Shown: positions 20,035-30,754 of the stretch, one piece after another
Position numbering within the stretch: position 1 is the stretch's first letter
Layout: every line of letters starts with the position of its first letter
Assembly: GCA_029856145.1 (NCBI GenBank)
Contig: JAHQWK010000011.1
Coordinates: forward strand, 96,001-160,000
Length of the DNA: 64,000 bases
DNA from: Promethearchaeia archaeon
Lineage (GTDB): Archaea > Asgardarchaeota > Lokiarchaeia > Sigyniarchaeales > SOKP01
Direction: 5' to 3'
The notes under the pieces: generated by a model
Told to the model about the DNA's origin: nothing
Database searches by the model: none
Seen by the model: the letters and a program-made list of their open reading frames with translations, nothing else
Program-made: the position numbers and the translations under genes

Positions 20035-21501
20035 TTAGTCTTCTTTTGCTTCCCTATTATCCTCTGAAGGTTCTTCTTTTATTTCTTCAATAGATTCCTC
20101 CATTGGCTCTTCAATAAGTTCCTCCGCTGACTCTTCAATAAGTTCCTCCGTTGACTCTTCAACTGATTCTGGGGTAGGTTTCTCACTTGGTTCTGGTTCT
20201 GGTTTAACACCTACAGGAGTTTCACAAACGGGACATTGAATCCATCCGGGTCTTAAACTGTATCCACATTTAACACATTCTTTAAGACTTTCGTCTACTT
20301 TCCATTCTGGTATATCTAACCCCCCTTGTCTCTTCTTTGTTAACTCCTGTAATTCGTCTTCAGTCCAAACTTCCATTCCCTCAGGTAAACCAGTTCCTCG
20401 CTCAGTAGAGAATTTAGATAATTCCTCCTCTGTCCAGCTAGGCATGTCTGGCTGAGAAGCCATTCTTTTTTGTGCTTCTTCTGCTAGTTCTTCAGCAGTC
20501 CAAGATTTGAGTTCTTGACCTCCAGGAGTTCTAACTGTACCCGGTTGTTGAGTTGCTGCTTGTGCAGGCGTTTGAGGTAGTTGGGAGGGAACATTGCAAC
20601 ATTCAGCAGAAAATCGTAAAAGAGCTTCAAAACACCTTGAATATTTATTCGGTTCTTTGCCTTCGCCTGTTACTAATATTAAAGTAGTTTTATCTGCAGG
20701 TTGAGGTATTGCAATACTAAAGACAGCAATATCTGAAGCAATTCGTTCTGAATCAATACCAGAAGTGATTCCTTCCATTGAATTCATTAATTCGTTATCT
20801 TTCATTAAGAAATCACAAATTGGATCACCATGTCTTTGATAACTTTCATGATATTTTGCGAGATGGTTTTGTGTCATTGTAGAATCTAAAGAATTAATAA
20901 TTGCACTAACATAAGAATAAATTTGAGTTTTTGGACCCTTTATAGAATCCTCGAGTTTATAACCGCCTAAATCAAGTGCTCCCATTACAGGAGCGAATAA
21001 TGGTTTCTCATTTTGCATTTTTCCAAATATTGTTGCTCTCGAAAGGATACATTTGATTTCTCCATAGAATGCAATAGTATTATCTAAAAACTCTATTTTC
21101 TTATCAAATACTATACGAGGAACAGTCCGAAACAAAACATCAACCCAAGGCATCTCTTTTATAGGAATTATGGCTACACATGTTTTTTCGATTAATTCTT
21201 TTAACTTTTTGATATAATTTTTTAATTCTTTCTTTATATCATCGTATTCTTCATTTCCTAATTCCTCATTTGCTTTCTTCTCGAGTTCTTTAAATTTTTC
21301 CTCATTTACTTTTAAGTTTCCCCCAAAAGATTTAATTTCTCCTACAATATTATCTTTCATAATTGTAGTTGCTTTCTCAATCACTTCTTTCTGAAAATTT
21401 GAAAGTTCTTGTTCTTCACTAGAGACTAAGTATTCAGCGGGATCAAATTCTAACTTGTTTACAAATACTTGAAAAAGCTTTTTTAAAACAGTATCAGACA
21501 T
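20035..21501 (-). CDS. Hypothetical protein with WTxEEL repeats, zinc ribbon and acidic tail
   Basis: SWTAEEL, SWTEEEL, VWTEDEL; CVKC...CPVC; Glu-rich C-terminus. Confidence 0.8.
   Translation of the reverse strand: MSDTVLKKLFQVFVNKLEFDPAEYLVSSEEQELSNFQKEVIEKATTIMKDNIVGEIKSFGGNLKVNEEKFKELEKKANEELGNEEYDDIKKELKNYIKKLKELIEKTCVAIIPIKEMPWVDVLFRTVPRIVFDKKIEFLDNTIAFYGEIKCILSRATIFGKMQNEKPLFAPVMGALDLGGYKLEDSIKGPKTQIYSYVSAIINSLDSTMTQNHLAKYHESYQRHGDPICDFLMKDNELMNSMEGITSGIDSERIASDIAVFSIAIPQPADKTTLILVTGEGKEPNKYSRCFEALLRFSAECCNVPSQLPQTPAQAATQQPGTVRTPGGQELKSWTAEELAEEAQKRMASQPDMPSWTEEELSKFSTERGTGLPEGMEVWTEDELQELTKKRQGGLDIPEWKVDESLKECVKCGYSLRPGWIQCPVCETPVGVKPEPEPSEKPTPESVEESTEELIEESAEELIEEPMEESIEEIKEEPSEDNREAKED
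20107..20166. repeat. 24-bp coding tandem repeat (~2.5 copies)
   Basis: ctcttcaataagttcctccg(c/t)tga twice, plus ctcttcaactga; encodes EES(T/A)EELI. Confidence 0.9.
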
Positions 21502-21646
21502 TTTCTTTCCCTTTTTTTCTGTTAATAATTTTGAATAAAAGATATTTATAATTATAGCAACGAAATGTATATAAAAATTTATTTGAATTACGCATAATAT
21601 ATAGGAAATAAAGATTAAGTGTTTTAATAAACTAATTCAAAGAATT

Positions 21647-22678
21647 ATGAGTGAATCAGATAAGAATTTCATTATATGTTTTATATCTACTATACCTAAA
21701 CATGTAAGAGAATATCTAGTTGAAAATTTGAAAAAAATAAATAATGTAAGGATTATATTTCGAAAAGATTCTTCAGAAGAAGAATTATTAAAACTTGTTC
21801 CATCAGCAGATATGTTGATTGGTTGGCGTCCTTCCAATAAGATTCTAAAAAATGCCACTAAGCTTAAATTATTTATCAATCCAGGAGCGGGAGTTCATCA
21901 TCTTTTGCAACTCTTTCATGAAATAAATAAAGAAAGGAAAGTTATTCTTATTAATGGTCATGGAAACTCTTATTTTGTAGCTCAACACACAGTTGCACTT
22001 TTATTGGCTCTAATGAATAAAATTATTCCTCATCATGAATGGATGCGACAAGGAAGATGGAGGACTGGAGATGAGGATGCCGCATCAATTCCGTTAAGAT
22101 TTAAAAAGGTGGGATTACTTGGATATGGAGCAATAAATCAACAAGTTCACTGTTTCTTAAGTGGTTTCGATGTTGAATTTTGTATTTTAAGAAAGCACTG
22201 GGAAAAACAAAAGGATCATCTACTTACAAAGATAAAAAGTTACAAAATCTCACAGCTTAATGAATTTCTTAAAGATATTGATATCCTCATAATTGCTGTA
22301 CCTGTAACTTCATTAACAAAGAAAATGATTGGGAAAACTGAATTAGAACTTTTGGGGCCAAAGGGGTTAATAATAAATGTTAGTAGAGGGGAAATTATTG
22401 ATGAAGAAAGTTTATTCAATGCTTTACAAGAAAATCATATACAAGGTGCTGCGATTGACGTATGGTATAACTATACTCCAGAAAGCAATAAAGAAGGAAA
22501 AAAATTTCCTTATCATTTTCCCTTCCATACCCTTGATAATATTATATTATCACCACATAGAGGTTATTCCCCTTTTAATGATTTATTAAGATGGAATGAA
22601 GTGATTGAGAATATTTCTCGAATGGCTCAGGGGCGTCAAGATTTTATTAATACAGTAAATCTGGAAGAGGAATATTAA
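21647..22678 (+). CDS. D-isomer-specific 2-hydroxyacid dehydrogenase
   Basis: GLLGYGAI, INVSRGEIIDE, AAIDVW, LSPHRG. Confidence 0.92.
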   Translation: MSESDKNFIICFISTIPKHVREYLVENLKKINNVRIIFRKDSSEEELLKLVPSADMLIGWRPSNKILKNATKLKLFINPGAGVHHLLQLFHEINKERKVILINGHGNSYFVAQHTVALLLALMNKIIPHHEWMRQGRWRTGDEDAASIPLRFKKVGLLGYGAINQQVHCFLSGFDVEFCILRKHWEKQKDHLLTKIKSYKISQLNEFLKDIDILIIAVPVTSLTKKMIGKTELELLGPKGLIINVSRGEIIDEESLFNALQENHIQGAAIDVWYNYTPESNKEGKKFPYHFPFHTLDNIILSPHRGYSPFNDLLRWNEVIENISRMAQGRQDFINTVNLEEEY

Positions 22679-23157
22679 AAAAAAATATTTTCATTTTAAA
22701 ATTCTCAAAACTTAACAAATTTTGTTATGAAATATATTTTCTCAAACATTTGGTTATTTAAATTGAAAAATTGTTTATGATTATTTAGATAAGTAAACAA
22801 TTTTGCTAGTTATAAGATTTTTTTATGGATACTTTCAACTTTAAAAGAAACTCAATATAAAATTGTTCATACATCTTTATATAATAATAAAAACTTCGAA
22901 AATATCCTTAAATTTGAGGAGTATAGAAACATTTTAAAAATTAATACATTAATATACTATTTGGAATATTTAATACATGACAAAATAGTATCTCTCTAAA
23001 TATATTAATCCGATAAAAATAAACATTTATATATTAATGTGTAATAAAATAAATTATAAAAAAAGTTGTGGTTTAAGGCGATAGTTTTAAAAAAAGGTTT
23101 AGTCAATTTGCCGATTTTTGAATTTGGCATATTTATGAAAAAATATAGTGGGTTAAA

Positions 23158-23448
23158 ATGAAAATTGTAACTGTTAACATTCCTGAATCCTATATCGATA
23201 GTATAGAAAAATTAGTGGGGGGAAATGGGCTATATCCATCTAGATCCGAGTTAATTAGAGTAGCTGTTCGAGATTTTCTTATCAGAGAACTAAAAATGGC
23301 CAACAATTTGGCTAAATATAAAGAGGCTGAAATTGAAGAATTCGATGATGAAAATTATGTAAGAGTACCAATCAAGCGATTAAATGAAAAAGATGAACCA
23401 GTTCGTGAATTTAAAACGTATAAGATTATCAAACGATTAGAATATTAA
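23158..23448 (+). CDS. Ribbon-helix-helix (CopG/Arc/MetJ) regulator
   Basis: MKIVTVNIPESYIDSIEKLV..GLYPSRSELIRVAVRDFL. Confidence 0.9.
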   Translation: MKIVTVNIPESYIDSIEKLVGGNGLYPSRSELIRVAVRDFLIRELKMANNLAKYKEAEIEEFDDENYVRVPIKRLNEKDEPVREFKTYKIIKRLEY

Positions 23449-23672
23449 ATTTTTTTATAATATACTCTTTATAAATTAGGTATAAGTTGGTTAGAAAAAG
23501 TTTTTTCCTTTTTTTTATTTTTTTTTGAGTATCTAAACACTCTCTAAATTCCTCAATTAAGTAAAAAATAAATACAATTAAAATAATCTTAATAAATCTA
23601 ATGTAAAAAAGATTCGAGGTAGTTTTTATTTCTAATAAATTAGAAAGCCAAGATCATTATGCGCCTAAATTC

Positions 23673-24905
23673 ATGGAATGGGGTATAATTAATAAAGAAA
23701 ATTTTGAGAATAAAACTACTTACGATGTTCCAATTAAGAGATGGGACCCTCTATCAACAGTAAGCATACGAACTGAGGATTTTGGTTTAAGAAAAGGGAA
23801 ACCAAGATATTATGGGCATTATTCTTATATTTCTCCAATTAGGGGAAAACGACCTAAAGGATTTAAGACAATAGAAGAAGAAAAGCATCTCTATGATTGT
23901 TCAAAAAAAATTGTTGGTAAATATAATGATGTATTTTCCTCAGTAATTGAAGGAAAAATAGTATATGATGATTGGGGTATGCCATTAGGAAATGGATTTA
24001 CAATTATTATTTCCGAAGATGAAAAAAGACGGGATAATCCCTTCTCAGAAGCACCACATCGAATAGATAAAATTTCAGATAAATCTAAAGCACTAACGTT
24101 AATAAATAGATATCCTTCGATGGCAAGAGTAGTAGATCCGGATATAGATAAGCATATTCAGCAAAATCTTCCTTCTCATTTGAAATTATCAAAAGGAATA
24201 AATTTAGTTAGCATTTCAAGAAGTTTCTATCCTTCTTTATGCTTTAATTTAATACCACATGGAGTTTTAGCAGGTATTTTTCTGTCAATGAGAGCAGCAA
24301 TTCTATATTGTATTGAAGAAGCTATTAATAGGGATTATTATGATATTCCTGTTATGCCATTTTTTAATATTGGAACTAAAGTTGGAGGATCCCAACCTAG
24401 AATACATAGTCAAGTTTATATCGATTTAAATATGGATGGTCATGGAAGTAGATTAGAAGGATATCTTGAAGCATTTAAAGAAATGGGGAGTAAATGTCAT
24501 CTATGTCAAACCACTCATGGGGGAACAGATAGGATTATATTAGAAACTGAATTCTGGACTTTTTACAATACTGGAAGTCCTGTAAGAAATTATCATATAA
24601 GATTTCATCCAAATGAACATTTAAGAAGATTTGCCCAATTAAAAGTTAACCAGATTGAAGATTTAGCAAAGTCTCTAAAAATTATTTTTCAAGCATTAGA
24701 CGATATTGAAATTGATAGAAACCGTAATATTTTATTTAATTGTTGTCCATATGGTTATGATGCTGATTTTCATATGTTTGCGGATATTATTCCACATGAA
24801 GTAATTGGTGGAGCTGAGATGGCTGATGATATGCGAGTTGCAAGAAAATTACCTCACGTTGCAGCAGAAGAAATTAGAAATTCGCTGAAGAAATATCTTG
24901 ATTGA
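23673..24905 (+). CDS. GalT/HIT-superfamily sugar-1-phosphate nucleotidylyltransferase
   Basis: NRYP, FFNIGTKVGGSQPRIHSQ (variant of the GalT HxHxQ motif), CHLC, FHMFADIIP. Confidence 0.8.
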   Translation: MEWGIINKENFENKTTYDVPIKRWDPLSTVSIRTEDFGLRKGKPRYYGHYSYISPIRGKRPKGFKTIEEEKHLYDCSKKIVGKYNDVFSSVIEGKIVYDDWGMPLGNGFTIIISEDEKRRDNPFSEAPHRIDKISDKSKALTLINRYPSMARVVDPDIDKHIQQNLPSHLKLSKGINLVSISRSFYPSLCFNLIPHGVLAGIFLSMRAAILYCIEEAINRDYYDIPVMPFFNIGTKVGGSQPRIHSQVYIDLNMDGHGSRLEGYLEAFKEMGSKCHLCQTTHGGTDRIILETEFWTFYNTGSPVRNYHIRFHPNEHLRRFAQLKVNQIEDLAKSLKIIFQALDDIEIDRNRNILFNCCPYGYDADFHMFADIIPHEVIGGAEMADDMRVARKLPHVAAEEIRNSLKKYLD

Positions 24906-25007
24906 GCATTTTACTTTCTAATGCCATAACCTTTATAATTCAAATTGAATTAGATTTATATCTATTAAATATGTTACATATTTGAAAATTTCCATGAGGT
25001 ACCAATA

Positions 25008-26156
25008 TTGAGAGAATGGTCTGCTATAATCTTGGCAGGTGGTAAAGGCAAACGGTTAATGCCTTTAACTTCACAAGTTCCAAAACCTCTAGTTAAGGTT
25101 ACAAATGTTCCTATGGTCGATTATGCGATTGCACATTTATTGTATGCTAATATAAAACATATTATTATAGCATTAGCATATATGGGTAAAGAAATGAAAG
25201 AATACATCAAAAAAACATGGACAAAAGACAAATTGGGAGACGTGGAATTAGAATGTGAGATTCAAGAGAGTAGAGGTACCGCAGATGCGTATAGGCTTTT
25301 AACCGATCAAATAGACTCTGAAAAAATTGTAGTTTCAATGGCAGATATTGTAACAAACCTTCCAATGAAACGTTTCATGGAATTTCACTCTGAAAAAGGG
25401 GGATTAGCTACTATTTCAATGAAAACTATTGCCAGTCATATATCTCAATATGGTGTAGTACTATTAGATGATAATAGGAAGATTTACCTTTTTTTAGAAA
25501 AACCTGCACCGATGGAATTATATTTAAGCAGTATGTCTCAACGAGAAGATCTTTTTTTACATACAAATGTTGCCAACACAGGTATATACTGTTTTAAAAA
25601 AGAAATTGGAGATATCCTTCATGAAACAGGTTTAATGGATTTTGGTGGCGAAGTCTTTCCCTATTTGCTTGAAAACAAATATGATTTATTTGGGTTTGTT
25701 GAGGATTATTATTGGATGGATGCAGGAAATTCTACTACCTATTTATGGGCGAATTGGGATCTTTTACGTAAATATGCATGGCCAATTTTACCCAAAGGAG
25801 TTGATTATGATGGAATTTATATAGAGGGTGTAATAAATTCTGGACAAAATATCGTAATCGAGAAACCAACTTGTTTTGGGGAATTTGTTCAATTAGAGAA
25901 TCGTGTAAAGATCAAAGAATTAACATCTATTGGAAATAATGTAACAATCGGAGAAGATACTATAATAGAGAAGAGTGCAATATGGGATGAAATTAAAATT
26001 GGTGCTGGATGTATTATAACAGAAAGTATAATTTGTAATAATTGTGAAATCGGAGATAATGTAGTTTTAGAGAGAGCGATTATTGCACCAAATTGTAAGA
26101 TCAGTAGTAACTCTCAAATCAGAGATAAAACAATAGAGCTTGGAAGAGAAATATAA
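25008..26156 (+). CDS. NDP-sugar synthase (sugar-1-phosphate nucleotidyltransferase with left-handed beta-helix)
   Basis: AIILAGGKGKRLMPLT..PKPL, GTADA, FLEKP, NTGIYCF, YWMDAG; hexapeptide repeats at the C-terminus. Confidence 0.92.
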   Translation: MREWSAIILAGGKGKRLMPLTSQVPKPLVKVTNVPMVDYAIAHLLYANIKHIIIALAYMGKEMKEYIKKTWTKDKLGDVELECEIQESRGTADAYRLLTDQIDSEKIVVSMADIVTNLPMKRFMEFHSEKGGLATISMKTIASHISQYGVVLLDDNRKIYLFLEKPAPMELYLSSMSQREDLFLHTNVANTGIYCFKKEIGDILHETGLMDFGGEVFPYLLENKYDLFGFVEDYYWMDAGNSTTYLWANWDLLRKYAWPILPKGVDYDGIYIEGVINSGQNIVIEKPTCFGEFVQLENRVKIKELTSIGNNVTIGEDTIIEKSAIWDEIKIGAGCIITESIICNNCEIGDNVVLERAIIAPNCKISSNSQIRDKTIELGREI

Positions 26157-26196
26157 ATTTTATTGATATTATTAATAAAATGAAAGATAATCCATA

Positions 26197-27912
26197 TTAC
26201 TTTTTAGCAAAAGGTTCAAGGTCTAATGCTTCAAATATATCATCTAAAGCTTCAATTGTTCCTAAAAAGTGCCATTCCCCTTCATCAACGTTTTGTCCGG
26301 TTGCATACTTACTTGCCATATTATATAACCTGATGAAATTTTCATAATGTAAGGCTATTCTATTTTCTGCATAATCTCTAGCACTCCAAGTTGTTATTAG
26401 AAATTGCCAATCACTACTTTGTAAGAGTAAGAGTTCTCGTACCATCTGTTTAAGAATTTTGAGTAAATTTGGATCGCTTGAATTTTTATATTTTGCGATG
26501 ATCTCTTCGCTCTTTGCTTCACATTCATATATTCTCTCCCATGTCCAAGTCGTCCACTCATTTAACCACACCCAATGAGAACTGGCTTGCCCCCATGATC
26601 CCTCAATCACAGAAACAACCTTATTAGGTGGGTTCTTTTCTAAATGTATTCTTGTGTTCGTCAATTCTACTTCAGGATCATCCTCTACCCACCGAAGAAC
26701 TCTGGCTAACCACCAGTTTCCCTCAAACCACCAATGGCCAAACAGCTCTGCATCATATGGCGACACGACAATACCATTTCTTCCATTTTTATCTTTGTAA
26801 TCTCGTAAAATATCTTTAATAAGATTTAGATAATGACCCGCATTTTCATCTAGTTTCCCAGGTATGTCCTCTGGCCAATAAAGCATTTTTTTCCCTAAAT
26901 CTAATTTCGCTTCTGTAACTTTCCAATATCGGAGACCTCCCGGATAGTGTTTCTTATGGAAATCAAGATACTCGGCACAGCCGGGATACCCATGCTCTCC
27001 GCTCCATACCACAATCCCTGTTTTTTCATCCCTAGTAAAAAAACCAACAGGTGCGGGGGTAGATGGATCAGTAGAAACTAAATATGGCTCATATTGAGAT
27101 TTTTCAAAAGATGTTGGAATTTCTTCATATTGAGAAGAAAATTGTTTCCAGAGTTCCGCAAGTAAAGGAAATCGAGCTGCATAAACACCCTGAGATTTTC
27201 CTCCTAAAAGTAAGGCTGTATCAATAAAGAAATATTTCAAACCATTTTTAGCAAGAAAATATTCTACACCAGGTCTTTCATACTCCTCATCTGTAATTGG
27301 ATTTTTCCATCGATATGCAGGACGATATCCACATTCGGGTAACCATGCACCAGTAGGAGCTCTCCCAAAATGAAGTTTATAATTATCAACTGCAGTTTTA
27401 AATTGGGCATCAATAGATGAATCTTTAGAAAGCAATGGAGCATATCCATGAGTTGCCCCACAAGTGATGATATCAACAAGCCCCATATCTTGTAGATTTT
27501 TATATGCTCCCACGATGTCTTTATTGTATCTATTTAAGAAATTGTCTCTAACTCGGTCATAGAACTCCTGCCACCACTTTGTTAATTTGATTCGTCCATC
27601 TTTATATTTATTTTCTGTAAAATCCTCAAAATCATATAAAGCAGCATTGTATTTTTCTTCCAAATATCCTAAAAAGCCATCAACAAATTTAGGATTACGA
27701 AGCATTTCACATAATACTGGTGTAAGACCAATGGTAAGTTTTGGATGATATCCATCATCAATGAGTTTATATAATTCTATTAAAAGGGGGATATATGTTT
27801 CTGCAGCCGCTTCATTAACCCAATCCATCCCATGCGGCCACACGCCATGGCCCAATACCCACGGGAGGTGACTATGCAAAACTAAACAGAATGAACCCAA
27901 TATTTCAGTCAT
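26197..27912 (-). CDS. GH57 1,4-alpha-glucan branching enzyme (DUF1957 type)
   Basis: LVLHSHLPWV, ETYIPL, GAWLPECGY, YDAELFGHWWFEG, ELLLLQSSDWQF. Confidence 0.95.
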   Translation of the reverse strand: MTEILGSFCLVLHSHLPWVLGHGVWPHGMDWVNEAAAETYIPLLIELYKLIDDGYHPKLTIGLTPVLCEMLRNPKFVDGFLGYLEEKYNAALYDFEDFTENKYKDGRIKLTKWWQEFYDRVRDNFLNRYNKDIVGAYKNLQDMGLVDIITCGATHGYAPLLSKDSSIDAQFKTAVDNYKLHFGRAPTGAWLPECGYRPAYRWKNPITDEEYERPGVEYFLAKNGLKYFFIDTALLLGGKSQGVYAARFPLLAELWKQFSSQYEEIPTSFEKSQYEPYLVSTDPSTPAPVGFFTRDEKTGIVVWSGEHGYPGCAEYLDFHKKHYPGGLRYWKVTEAKLDLGKKMLYWPEDIPGKLDENAGHYLNLIKDILRDYKDKNGRNGIVVSPYDAELFGHWWFEGNWWLARVLRWVEDDPEVELTNTRIHLEKNPPNKVVSVIEGSWGQASSHWVWLNEWTTWTWERIYECEAKSEEIIAKYKNSSDPNLLKILKQMVRELLLLQSSDWQFLITTWSARDYAENRIALHYENFIRLYNMASKYATGQNVDEGEWHFLGTIEALDDIFEALDLEPFAKK

Positions 27913-28103
27913 AATTCTATATTATCTCTAATGAAAGTTAAATTAATCGAAATTTGCTATTGTTATATAATTTTTCAATTCTTAAATATTAAAGAGAATC
28001 TTAAATATTCAAAAATCGTTAAAGTTATATATTCTTATTTAGCTTTTTATCATATATAATATCCAATTGAAACGTTATCGATATTTTAAAGAAGTAGTTC
28101 TTA

Positions 28104-29492
28104 ATGATTCATAATCCAATAGAAGACCTTAACGAGTTAAAAAAAAACGGTAGGATTATAGGTAAAGCAAACTATGTGTTTACACCGGAGATTTCAAGCT
28201 TAATAGGATCAATTCATGGTAGTTTATTCAAACAAGGAGAATCAGTTGTTATGGGGAGAGACTATCATAATGACAGTCGGATGTTGAAAAGAGCATACAC
28301 CTCAGGTATGATGTCTACTGGAATAAATCTTTTAAACCTTTCAGATTGCACGCTTCCCTTATTGCAATTTACAATAAGGCGATTTGGAGCGAGTGGTGGT
28401 TTTTATTTCTCAGGAGGGCATTTATTTAGTGAAGATGTAGGAATTCGTTTCTTAGATGCAGGAGGAATTGAATTAGCACAATCAGAACTTCAAAGAATAA
28501 TTGAATCTTACAACAACTATCCTCAACAAGTAAGAAGAGTTGATCCTAATGAAATAGGACAAATAACAGCAATACCTCAAACTGCTGATATTTATATTAA
28601 ATCCCTTCAACAATTTGTTAATAAAAAAAAGATAAAAGAGGCGAAATTAAAGATTGTAGTAGATTGTTCTTATGGTCCAACGGGAAAAATAACTCCCCTT
28701 TTAATTAATGATATTGGTGTTGAAGTAATTGCCTTAAATACTCATTACCGCGAAAGATCTTCAAGTCCCGTACCTAGCATTAATACTATACGAAATACAG
28801 CAGACATCGTGAAAGCATCAAATAGCCATCTTGGTGTTTGTTTTGATGTAGATGGCTCAAGAATATTAATAATAGATGAAAATGGGTTGGAAATAACCTA
28901 TGAAGATTTATTAATGCTTTTTATTACCTTTGATAAAAGAATTCAAAAATCTAAAGGGAGCACAATTATTACCACCCCATCAATTTCTCCTGTTGTAAGA
29001 GAATTTATTGAAGATAGTAATTTCCCCATAAAGCAGGTAGAAAATTATCCTGGGGAGATTTCAAGACAAATAAGAGAAGAAAGAGCATGTTTTGCTGCTG
29101 CAGATACATTGAAGTTTTATTTCAGTGAGTATGCTCCCTTTTCTGATGGTAACTTCATTCTACTCAAGGTTCTTGAAATCATGACTGCTCAAAATGATCT
29201 CATTAGCTCGTTATCCAGAGGATTTCCAAAAGGTATAAAGATTAATAAAACAATATCCGTTTCCTCAGATTTAATTAATAATATTCACAATCGCTTAAGA
29301 GAATTAGCAGAACAAAACGGATATAGATATCATGATATAATAAATGAACTGAAGATCATTGGAGATGATGCATACATCATTATAAAAGTTGCACTATATA
29401 GAAATGCAATTCTTCTTTCTGCTGAATCAGAGGATAAAGACAAGGCACAAGAAATGATCCTTAATATGGAAAAGATAATTTCCAAACTTTAA
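28104..29492 (+). CDS. Phosphoglucomutase/phosphomannomutase-fold protein with degenerate active site
   Basis: VVMGRD, IVVDCSYG. CFDVDGSR replaces canonical DxDxDR, and FSGGH replaces canonical TASHN. Confidence 0.85.
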   Translation: MIHNPIEDLNELKKNGRIIGKANYVFTPEISSLIGSIHGSLFKQGESVVMGRDYHNDSRMLKRAYTSGMMSTGINLLNLSDCTLPLLQFTIRRFGASGGFYFSGGHLFSEDVGIRFLDAGGIELAQSELQRIIESYNNYPQQVRRVDPNEIGQITAIPQTADIYIKSLQQFVNKKKIKEAKLKIVVDCSYGPTGKITPLLINDIGVEVIALNTHYRERSSSPVPSINTIRNTADIVKASNSHLGVCFDVDGSRILIIDENGLEITYEDLLMLFITFDKRIQKSKGSTIITTPSISPVVREFIEDSNFPIKQVENYPGEISRQIREERACFAAADTLKFYFSEYAPFSDGNFILLKVLEIMTAQNDLISSLSRGFPKGIKINKTISVSSDLINNIHNRLRELAEQNGYRYHDIINELKIIGDDAYIIIKVALYRNAILLSAESEDKDKAQEMILNMEKIISKL

Positions 29493-29728
29493 AACTTTCA
29501 CTCCTAGATGATATTACATAAGTTTATCATCAAAAGTATGATTCTAATCAAAATTATTTTAAAACCTTTCTAATTAATTTTATATTAAGAAATTTTAAAA
29601 TAATTAATCCAGTTATTTTGAATTCATGTTAATAACAGCGATAGATTAAAAAGGCAAAGATAATAATCCCTATAGCGTCGTAGAAGTAATTAAAAAAATT
29701 ATTAAACTTTGGAAAATAAATAAAAATA

Positions 29729-30754
29729 ATGAGCTTGCTAAGTTACATTTTCAAAAGAATACTGATAACAATACCAGTAATATTTGGAGTGTTAACTATA
29801 ACCTTTATACTTTCTAGATCAATGCCGGGAGATCCAGTGATGATACTACTAACTCAGGCGCAAATAAGAATTACACCGGAGATTTATAATGCAATGGTAC
29901 GTGAATTAGGACTTAATCTCCCTATTCATTTACAATATTTTAGATATATAGCTGATATATTTACAGGAAATTGGGGTGAATCTGTTAGTGTTGCTCGCGG
30001 ATCAGACGTTTGGGAATTAATCATTTATAGATTACCTAAAACAATGGACCTTGCTTTTTTTTCAATGCTCATTGCCTCATTTATAGGAATTAAAATAGGA
30101 ATTATTTCAGCAACTCATAGGAATAAAACCAGAGACACCATTTTTAGAAGTTTGGGCATTATAGGAGTTGCTTTTCCCGTATTTGTATTAGGAATGCTTC
30201 TGCAATATTTTTTATCATATCAACTGCACTTATTTCCAGCAACTTACTATAAAAGTATAGAATATAGAGATCCTCCTTTTATAACAGGTTTCTATATGAT
30301 TGATGCACTTTTAACAGGGGAACTCTATAAAATACCAGATTATTTATATCATTTAGCTATGCCTGTATTTTGTTTATCGTTTGTTACTCTTGCGGGAATT
30401 ATAAGACAAACTCGTTCTAGCATGTTAGATGTTTTACAACAAGATTATATAAGAACCGCAAGAGCAAAAGGATGTAGTGAAAAAGGTGTTATTAAAGGTC
30501 ATGCATTAAAAAATGCAATGATTCCGACTGTTACTGTTATCGGATTAAGTTTTGCTACAACATTATCTGGAGCAGTTATTTTAGAATCTACTTTTGGTTT
30601 ACGTGGAATAGGTTTATTATTAATTGATGCTACATTGGGGCTTGATTATTGGCTAATAAACGCATGTATGGTTGTCTTAGCATTTATTTTTATAATTACT
30701 ACTTTGGTAATAGATATCTTATATGGATTTATAGATCCAAGAGTAAGATTTTAA
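29729..30754 (+). CDS. dppB: Peptide/nickel ABC transporter permease (DppB/OppB family), copy 1
   Basis: MPGDP, RSSMLDVLQQDYIRTARAKG, HALKNA, IDPR. Confidence 0.93.
   Translation: MSLLSYIFKRILITIPVIFGVLTITFILSRSMPGDPVMILLTQAQIRITPEIYNAMVRELGLNLPIHLQYFRYIADIFTGNWGESVSVARGSDVWELIIYRLPKTMDLAFFSMLIASFIGIKIGIISATHRNKTRDTIFRSLGIIGVAFPVFVLGMLLQYFLSYQLHLFPATYYKSIEYRDPPFITGFYMIDALLTGELYKIPDYLYHLAMPVFCLSFVTLAGIIRQTRSSMLDVLQQDYIRTARAKGCSEKGVIKGHALKNAMIPTVTVIGLSFATTLSGAVILESTFGLRGIGLLLIDATLGLDYWLINACMVVLAFIFIITTLVIDILYGFIDPRVRF

Noticed and set aside
29640-29680. c-di-GMP riboswitch suggested by GGCAAA in the dppB leader
   Set aside because: The second stem and tetraloop/receptor are absent; kept only as an unnamed conserved leader.
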